A stretch of DNA of 64,000 nt from assembly GCA_041653835.1 (NCBI GenBank), contig JBAZEP010000003.1, positions 3,812 through 67,811 of the forward strand. Direction: 5' to 3'. Shown here piece after piece: positions 58,068 through 64,000 of this stretch. The translations under genes and the position numbers were made by a program. The DNA comes from Candidatus Omnitrophota bacterium (lineage in GTDB: Bacteria > Omnitrophota > Gorgyraeia > Gorgyraeales > Gorgyraeaceae). Below the pieces are notes generated by a model. It worked only from the letters and a program-made list of their open reading frames with translations. It searched no databases and was not told where the DNA came from. Numbering within the stretch: the first letter of the stretch is position 1; every line of letters begins with the position of its first letter.

Positions 58068-59253
58068 ATTCGATACTATAGTTATAGGGGGCGGCGCGTC
58101 AGGCATAATAGCCGCTATCAGCGCGCGCCGCAACGGCAGGAATGTTATGATCTGCGAACGGATGAACCGTCTCGGGAAAAAGATACTTGTTTCAGGAGGC
58201 GGCCGGTGCAATATCTCGAACGCGGACCTGAGCGAAGCGCGTTATAATACCGGGGCGCGAGAGCTTGTAAAAAATGTATTTTCCAGGTTTGGCAAAGAAG
58301 ATATAGAAAAGTTTTTCAATGAAATCGGATTAAGGGTTTATCCGGAAGGGGACAGACTTTTTCCCGTCACTAACCAGGCGGCAAGCGTTTTGAAAGTTTT
58401 AGAGGAAGAGCTCAAGAGGCTGAAAATACCGGTAGAATCCGGTTTTAACGCGGCAGGTATCGCGGCGCGGCCTGACGGCAAAGGATATTTGGTAAAGTTC
58501 GGAAGCGGCGATGTTATATCCGCGGATTCCGTTATAATAACCGGCGGGGGCAGGAGTTATCCGAGCCTTGGTTCAGACGGGAGTTGCTATGGCCTGGCGC
58601 GTTCATTAGGCCATAAGATCATAGAACCTGTGCCGAGCGCTGTCCCGCTTTTGTCTAAAGACAGGTTCTGCCATTTTCTCCAGGGCCAGAGAATACAATG
58701 TTCCGCGAAAAGCGTTATAGAGGGTAAAATAAAAAAAGAGGCAAAAGGAGAATTGCTTTTCACGAAATACGGATTATCAGGCACCGCTATCCTGGATATA
58801 AGCGAGGACATCTCGATAGCCCTGAACAGGCTCGGGGACAAGGCCGCGGCTGTTTTGATAGACATGGTGCCTTTCATGAGCGCCGTGGAGATCGAAAAGG
58901 AAATAGAGAAGAGGATCCAAAAAGGTATCGCGCCGGAAGACCTGATGACGGGGCTCTTGCCGAATAAATTCAGCCTTGTTTTCAGGGACTTGTTCAAGGG
59001 TTTAAACGCCGGGGAAATAACAGGACTGTTAAAAAACAAAAGATTTGATATAATAGGTACCAGAGGCTGGAACGAAGCAGAGTTCACGGCAGGAGGTGTG
59101 GATACGCGGGATGTAAGGGAAGATACCCTTGAGTCAAAATTAAAAAAAGGCGTTTATTTCGCGGGAGAGATCCTGGATGTAAACGCCGGACGGGGCGGAT
59201 ACAATTTAGCCTGGGCATGGGCATCAGGCTATATAGCAGGTTTAACAAAATAG
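58060..59253 (+). CDS. NAD(P)/FAD-dependent oxidoreductase, HI0933/BaiN-like
   Basis: FDTIVIGGGASGIIAA and ILVSGGGRCN motifs. Confidence 0.8.
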   Translation: MRKFDTIVIGGGASGIIAAISARRNGRNVMICERMNRLGKKILVSGGGRCNISNADLSEARYNTGARELVKNVFSRFGKEDIEKFFNEIGLRVYPEGDRLFPVTNQAASVLKVLEEELKRLKIPVESGFNAAGIAARPDGKGYLVKFGSGDVISADSVIITGGGRSYPSLGSDGSCYGLARSLGHKIIEPVPSAVPLLSKDRFCHFLQGQRIQCSAKSVIEGKIKKEAKGELLFTKYGLSGTAILDISEDISIALNRLGDKAAAVLIDMVPFMSAVEIEKEIEKRIQKGIAPEDLMTGLLPNKFSLVFRDLFKGLNAGEITGLLKNKRFDIIGTRGWNEAEFTAGGVDTRDVREDTLESKLKKGVYFAGEILDVNAGRGGYNLAWAWASGYIAGLTK

Positions 59254-59261
59254 GAGGTAAC

Positions 59262-59495
59262 ATGCCGTACGATGCGAGTCTTGATAAAGAAATATTTGCC
59301 AAATCTTTCGAAAATGATGACGGAAAGATCACAGTCAGTGTCCATTCATACAACAATGGCCCCAAAAAGATACAGATAGTCAGGGAAAACAGGGACCAGG
59401 AAGGCGCCCTCAGGTTCGCCAAGCTCGGAAGGATGACCAAGGACGAACTCCAGGCAGTCCTGCCTTTTATCCAGGAAGCCCTTTCCAGTATGTAA
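59262..59495 (+). CDS. PC4/YdbC-like small ssDNA-binding protein (tentative)
   Basis: 77 aa; AGGAGGT RBS. The KITVSVHSYNNGPKKIQIVRE pattern resembles bacterial PC4-like proteins. Confidence 0.45.
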   Translation: MPYDASLDKEIFAKSFENDDGKITVSVHSYNNGPKKIQIVRENRDQEGALRFAKLGRMTKDELQAVLPFIQEALSSM

Positions 59496-59505
59496 TCCGG
59501 TTACG

Positions 59506-60699
59506 ATGAAAATTTTTATTCAGACCTTCGGGTGCCAAATGAATGAGCATGATTCCGAGAGAGTAAGGGACATGCTTGTCCAGGGAGGGTATGCCCTCGC
59601 GGAAAAGATCGAGGACGCGGATATTGTAATTTTCAATACCTGCAGTGTAAGGGCTCATGCCGAAGCGAGGCTTTACGGCAAGATAGGCACCCTTAAGGAT
59701 GTGAAGGCAAAAAAGCCGGGCCTTATTATAGGTGTGATCGGATGTATGGTTGAGGCGCAGAAACAAGAGATTTTCAGGAGACTGCCGCATGTAAATTTTT
59801 TGTGCGGGCCCGCGGACCTGGACAGGATCCCTGAAATATTGGATAAGATACAGGCCGGCGCCGGGCAAATCGCTTATCTGGAGGCGTATAAGCTGAAAAA
59901 GATCCCCGCGTTTTCAAAAGACAGGAACGCGGGCCATGCCGGCTTCGTCAAGATAATGGAAGGCTGTGATAATTTCTGCTCATATTGCATTGTGCCCTAT
60001 GTACGCGGAAGGGAAAGGAGCAGGCCTTCGAAAGAAATTTTGCAGGAAATAGAAGACCTGATAAAAAAGGGCGCCAAAAATATCACGCTTTTAGGCCAGA
60101 ACGTGAATTCATACGGCAAAGGCCTTAAAGAAAAAATCGATTTCGTCTCGCTTTTGACAAAAATAGACAAATTAACCTCCATCCTGCCCCACCCCTGGGG
60201 TGCCACCCCAGGGGTGGCACCCCAGGGGTGGGGAAGCGGTAAGGAAGTTAAGATAAGTTTTATGACCAGCCATCCAAAGGACGCCGGCCCGGAATTATTC
60301 AAAGCGATAAGGGATCTAATATCGGTTTCAAAGAATCTGCACCTGCCTCTCCAGTCCGGTTCGGATAAAATCCTCAAAAAGATGAACCGGAAATACACCG
60401 CGGCAAAATATAAAAAACTCGTCAAGGATTTCAGGAAGATCGTCAAAAACGGCACTGTCACGAGCGATATCATCGTAGGTTTCCCAGGGGAAACCAAAAA
60501 AGATTTCAATGACACTTTAAAGATGGTCAAAGAACTAAGATTTGGCGGCGCCTATATCTTTAAATATTCCCCGCGTCCTCTAACCAAAGCCTTTGGATTC
60601 AAGGATAATGTCAGCCTTAAAGAGAAAGAGCGTCGCCACTCCATACTTTTAAAACTGCAAAAGGAGATGTCTAATGCCACATTTAAGACAGTGTCTTAA
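59506..60699 (+). CDS. miaB: tRNA-2-methylthio-N6-dimethylallyladenosine synthase (MTTase), carries an in-frame 14-aa repeat-encoded insert
   Basis: FGCQMNEHDSE and CDNFCSYC radical-SAM motifs. The TSILPHPWGATPGVAPQGWGSG segment is encoded by a 3x14-nt palindromic repeat. The 3' end runs into REP-like palindrome copy 5. Confidence 0.85.
   Translation: MKIFIQTFGCQMNEHDSERVRDMLVQGGYALAEKIEDADIVIFNTCSVRAHAEARLYGKIGTLKDVKAKKPGLIIGVIGCMVEAQKQEIFRRLPHVNFLCGPADLDRIPEILDKIQAGAGQIAYLEAYKLKKIPAFSKDRNAGHAGFVKIMEGCDNFCSYCIVPYVRGRERSRPSKEILQEIEDLIKKGAKNITLLGQNVNSYGKGLKEKIDFVSLLTKIDKLTSILPHPWGATPGVAPQGWGSGKEVKISFMTSHPKDAGPELFKAIRDLISVSKNLHLPLQSGSDKILKKMNRKYTAAKYKKLVKDFRKIVKNGTVTSDIIVGFPGETKKDFNDTLKMVKELRFGGAYIFKYSPRPLTKAFGFKDNVSLKEKERRHSILLKLQKEMSNATFKTVS
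60190..60230. repeat. three tandem 14-nt units of palindromic CACCCC(T/A)GGGGTG inside miaB
   Basis: Units at 60190-60202, 60204-60216 and 60218-60230. Unit 1 is the reverse complement of units 2 and 3. Confidence 0.9.
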
Positions 60700-60711
60700 A
60701 TGTGGCATTAG
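60671..60711. repeat. 41-nt REP-like palindrome, copy 5 (compensated C/G variant)
   Basis: CTAATGCCACATTTAAGACA-G-TGTCTTAAATGTGGCATTAG. It supplies the miaB stop codon. Confidence 0.9.
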
Positions 60712-60716
60712 GGAAT

Positions 60717-61592
60717 ATGCCGGTCATATTTTTAGTCGGTCCTACAGCTTCTGGCAAAACAAAACTTTCCATTAAACTGGCGGGAAAACTGAACGCCGAG
60801 ATAGTATCCTGTGACTCTATGTGTGTCTATAGAGGCATGGATATACTTACCTCAAAACCTTCGAAGGCCGAGTTGAGAAAGGCGCGCCACCATCTTATAG
60901 ATATAATTTCCCCGTCAAAAGAATTCAGCGTTGCCGAGTACCGCAGGATGGCGCTTGAAAAGATAGAAGATATCCTGAAGCGCGGCAAGACCCCATTATT
61001 CGTGGGAGGCAGCGGTTTATATGTGAAGGCTGTGATAGACGGTTTATTCCCTTCGGCGGAGAAGGACCTGAAATTCAGGAAAGAACAGGAAACGCTCGCG
61101 GAAAAATACGGCAAAAGGTATTTATACAGAAAATTAAAAAAAATAGACGCGAGCCGCGCCGCGAAGATACATCCCAATGACATGAGGCGTGTCATTAGGG
61201 CGCTCGAGATCTACCATACGGAAAAGAAAAAACCTTCGGAACTTAGCAGGGCTACGGAGCCGCTGAAATACGGCTTTAAGATATTCGGCGTCAGCCTGGA
61301 AAGGGACGCGCTTTACAGGAATATAGATAAAAGGGTTGAGGAGATGTTCGAAAAAGGCATTGTGAAGGAAGTAAAGAAACTTTCACGGAAAAGGCTCAGT
61401 ATGACCGCGAAAAAGGCATTGGGGTATAACGAGGCGCTGGGTTATTTAAAGGGCAGGTATTCCCTGGAAGACGCCAAGGCGCTTCTCAAAAAAAATACCC
61501 GTCATTTCGCCAGGAGACAGCTGACCTGGTTCCGTCCTGACTGCCGCATCCGCTGGCTCTCGCTCCACCAACTGGAAAAATATAATGGGTAA
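60717..61592 (+). CDS. miaA: tRNA dimethylallyltransferase
   Basis: IFLVGPTASGKT P-loop. The adjacent MiaB acts next on the same nucleotide (i6A37 to ms2i6A). Confidence 0.9.
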   Translation: MPVIFLVGPTASGKTKLSIKLAGKLNAEIVSCDSMCVYRGMDILTSKPSKAELRKARHHLIDIISPSKEFSVAEYRRMALEKIEDILKRGKTPLFVGGSGLYVKAVIDGLFPSAEKDLKFRKEQETLAEKYGKRYLYRKLKKIDASRAAKIHPNDMRRVIRALEIYHTEKKKPSELSRATEPLKYGFKIFGVSLERDALYRNIDKRVEEMFEKGIVKEVKKLSRKRLSMTAKKALGYNEALGYLKGRYSLEDAKALLKKNTRHFARRQLTWFRPDCRIRWLSLHQLEKYNG

Positions 61593-62706
61593 AAATAAAT
61601 TCGAACGCCATCCGCTGATAACGATCTCGATCTTTATCCTGACAGTTATTTTTACGCTGGATTTTTTGAGCGCTAATATTTACTCATTGATAAACAGATA
61701 TCCTTTTTACGCGAGAGGGCAGAAGAAAAAAGAGGAGATGGACAGGGTTTATCATGTAAGGTCTGCGATATATCACCATGATCTGGCGAGAAACAAGGCT
61801 GTCGATTACGGCGCGCGGGGCAATTACAGGCATATAGTTTACACCAACTCGCTGGGTTTTAAAGATAAGGCATGCGGGGATGTTCCTCTTATTTCGGATA
61901 AATACCGCGTGCTTTTTATAGGAGATTCCTTTGTGGAGGGCATAGGATTCAATTACGAGGATACATTCGTCGGCTTGATAGGCGCGGAATTGGCAAAAAA
62001 AGGAATAGAAGTGCTAAATGCCGGGGTCATATCGTATTCTCCTGTAATTTATTGGAGAAAAATTAAATATCTTCTGGAAGATACGGGGTTAAAGTTCGAT
62101 GAGGTAGCGGCTTTTATAGATATCTCCGATATAGAAAATGAAGCGGTCGATTATTATCTGGACACGAACGGCAACGTAGCAGGATCCGGTGTCAGCCGCA
62201 AGATATACTGCGAAGGAACAGATGGTTTAAGCGGCCTTAAAACATTGATAAAAAATAATTCTATATTTATATATTCTATGCTCTATAACCTGGACAAAAT
62301 ATCGAAATTAAGAGGGAACATTAATATCAAAAGGGCCCGCTGGACGATCGACAGGAATATCTATAATGCCTACGGCGAAAAAGGCCTCGAGACAGCAAGT
62401 CTCCATATGGATAATCTGCGCGAATTACTTGATAAACACGGGATAAAGCTTACCGTGGCGGTATATCCATGGCCGGATCAAATCATCAACAGGGATTTGG
62501 ATTCTATCCAGGTCTTATACTGGAAAGACTGGTGCGATAAACGCGCCATACCTTTTATAAACTACTTTCCGTATTTTATAAACGGAAGGACTAAAAAAGA
62601 GCTGAAGGATACGATAAATAAATATTACAATGCCTATGATATACATTGGAATCAAAATGGCCATAGATTGATCGCGGATGTTTTTCTGGATTTTTATAGA
62701 AAGTAA
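61585..62706 (+). CDS. membrane-anchored SGNH/GDSL-type hydrolase domain protein
   Basis: N-terminal TM segment and an FIGDSFVEG GDS(L) motif. Confidence 0.55.
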   Translation: MGKNKFERHPLITISIFILTVIFTLDFLSANIYSLINRYPFYARGQKKKEEMDRVYHVRSAIYHHDLARNKAVDYGARGNYRHIVYTNSLGFKDKACGDVPLISDKYRVLFIGDSFVEGIGFNYEDTFVGLIGAELAKKGIEVLNAGVISYSPVIYWRKIKYLLEDTGLKFDEVAAFIDISDIENEAVDYYLDTNGNVAGSGVSRKIYCEGTDGLSGLKTLIKNNSIFIYSMLYNLDKISKLRGNINIKRARWTIDRNIYNAYGEKGLETASLHMDNLRELLDKHGIKLTVAVYPWPDQIINRDLDSIQVLYWKDWCDKRAIPFINYFPYFINGRTKKELKDTINKYYNAYDIHWNQNGHRLIADVFLDFYRK

Positions 62707-62747
62707 AATAACAGGAAAGTTGATTTGTAATATTTTCTGGGAAGGTT

Positions 62748-64000
62748 ATGGAAAAGGCCGTATTAGTAACAGTTGATCTGGGTGAAAAAGGCGAGTGGCC
62801 GCTTAAAGATAGGGCCATGGAATTGAAGGAACTCGCGCGATCGAGCGGGGCATCGGTCGAGGCCGAGATATTGTGCCATAAAGAAAAACCTTCCCCTGAT
62901 CTATTTATAGGCAAAGGCAAGTTCGAAGAATTGCGTGGCATTGTCCAACAGAAAAAAGCCGGCCTTGTGATTTTCAATAACGATCTTACTCCTACCCAAC
63001 TAAGGAATATAGAACACGGGCTCGAGGGTATAAGGGTCATTGACAGGACCCAGCTTATACTGGATATCTTTGCGAGGAACGCCAGGAGTGTGGAAGGCAA
63101 GGTCCAGGTAGAGTTGGCGCAATTGGAATATCTATTGCCGCGGCTTACCGGAAAAGGCATCCAGCTTTCAAGGCTCGGAGGAGGCATAGGTACCAGGGGG
63201 CCGGGAGAAAAGATATTGGAATATGACCGCCGGAGGATCAGGGACCAGATTACGAGGTTAAAGGAAAAATTGGAGGATATAGGCAAAAGGCGGTTGGCTT
63301 TACGCAAGAGAAGGGCTGACGCGTTTCTTACCACCATAGCTATCATAGGTTATACCAATGCCGGCAAGACCACGCTCCTTAACCGGCTCACAGGCTCTAA
63401 AAAATTGACCGCGGACAAACTTTTCAGCACCCTTGACCCTGTCGCGAGAAGCTACAAGCTTCCGAATAACCAAAAGGTCCTATTCCTTGATACAGTTGGA
63501 TTTTTGCATAACCTGCCGCATCATCTTGTGGAGGCTTTTAAATCCACGCTTGAGGAAGTCAGGATGGCGGATATACTTTTGCATGTGCTGGACGCTTCGA
63601 ATGAAAAGGTCCGAGAGCAGGACGAAGCCGTATATAAGGTATTGAAGGAACTTGGCGCGGAAAACAAGATAATCATCGATATCCTCAATAAAACAGACCT
63701 TATCAATGACCCTGACCGGGTATGGCGCCTGAAAAAAGATTTTAAAAATCCTGTCCTGGTATCAGCGCTTACAGGCGAAGGCATAACCGGCCTTGTGGAC
63801 GAAATATCAGAGCTTTTGTCCGGCCTTGTCACGGAAGTCAAAGTAGCGATACCTAATAACAGGATGGATATGGTGAACTTGGTTTACGAGAACGGCAAAG
63901 TTATCCACAGAGAAGACAGGCCTGGCTCGGTTTACCTGGAAGCGATTATTCCCGCACGTTTAAAAAACTCGCTCTCTAATGTCACATTTAAGACACTGTC
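62748..64000 (+). CDS. hflX: GTPase HflX (3' end beyond window; reads through REP-like copy 6)
   Basis: HflX N-domain, G1 GYTNAGKTTL, DTVGF and NKTD motifs. There is no stop before the window end. Confidence 0.85.
   Translation, partial: MEKAVLVTVDLGEKGEWPLKDRAMELKELARSSGASVEAEILCHKEKPSPDLFIGKGKFEELRGIVQQKKAGLVIFNNDLTPTQLRNIEHGLEGIRVIDRTQLILDIFARNARSVEGKVQVELAQLEYLLPRLTGKGIQLSRLGGGIGTRGPGEKILEYDRRRIRDQITRLKEKLEDIGKRRLALRKRRADAFLTTIAIIGYTNAGKTTLLNRLTGSKKLTADKLFSTLDPVARSYKLPNNQKVLFLDTVGFLHNLPHHLVEAFKSTLEEVRMADILLHVLDASNEKVREQDEAVYKVLKELGAENKIIIDILNKTDLINDPDRVWRLKKDFKNPVLVSALTGEGITGLVDEISELLSGLVTEVKVAIPNNRMDMVNLVYENGKVIHREDRPGSVYLEAIIPARLKNSLSNVTFKTL
63976..64000. repeat. REP-like palindrome copy 6 (truncated by window end)
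   Basis: CTAATGTCACATTTAAGACACTGTC matches the left arm of the family. Confidence 0.7.

Noticed and set aside
60181-60240. Possible CRISPR-like array from the CACCCC(T/A)GGGGTG repeats
   Set aside because: There are only three directly abutting units with no spacers, inside a coding region, and no cas genes nearby. It is a simple tandem/inverted repeat, not a CRISPR array.

Overview
This window contains an AT-rich 5-kb island of defence-type genes followed by about 59 kb of ordinary chromosome from an anaerobic bacterium with roughly 50% GC.

**The island (bases 1-4800).** It is visibly AT-rich and reads as horizontally acquired. It carries:
- a 5'-truncated protein ending in an Mrr-type restriction-endonuclease catalytic domain;
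- five tandem paralogous genes for about 70-aa helix-turn-helix (HTH) proteins, each with its own ribosome-binding site;
- a SIR2_2-family protein;
- a HEPN-like protein.

I read this as a candidate novel defence locus. The remaining 415-bp non-coding stretch up to 5185 is the junction region: it holds a promoter-to-terminator bracketed small-RNA candidate, ends at a small GIY-YIG gene, and is where composition rises to roughly 50% GC.

**Core genes.** Everything below is on the + strand unless noted.
- pflB-pflA-fhs-pyk, then a LOG/PpnN-like protein and a rhodanese
- otsB, an unknown gene, and a TreT-like trehalose synthase
- Fe/Mn superoxide dismutase
- a TPP riboswitch with an intrinsic terminator, then thi4
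- a DEAD-box helicase, PabB-like synthase and thioesterase
- a purine permease and exbBD
- an ACT-domain protein paired with a UPF0210 protein
- a TonB-dependent receptor and rlmD, both on the minus strand
- glpK, a glpA-like dehydrogenase, an oxidoreductase and a DUF1667 protein
- a NUDIX hydrolase and a retropepsin-like lipoprotein
- a marR, TolC, MFP, RND, PII-like efflux operon
- rlmN and radC
- ptsN, yvcK, ptsH and ptsI
- PGI/PMI, a nucleotidyltransferase, metK and ahcY
- lptG, lptF and comF on the minus strand
- a PilZ protein, a pseudouridine synthase, CorC, miaB, miaA and a 3'-partial hflX.

There are five tRNA genes: Arg-CCG on its own and an Arg-TCG, Lys, Leu, Gly cluster.

**Unusual sequence features.**
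- A family of about 41-nt perfect palindromes sits exactly at gene 3' ends in six copies and supplies several stop codons.
- A conserved element of about 110 nt lies downstream of tRNA-Arg(CCG) and tRNA-Gly(GCC). Each copy ends in a direct repeat of that tRNA's own 3' end, and the second copy is followed by a second GIY-YIG gene.
- A 14-nt palindromic unit is repeated three times in frame inside miaB.
- A 48-aa remnant of a radical-SAM DNA-repair gene lies upstream of otsB.
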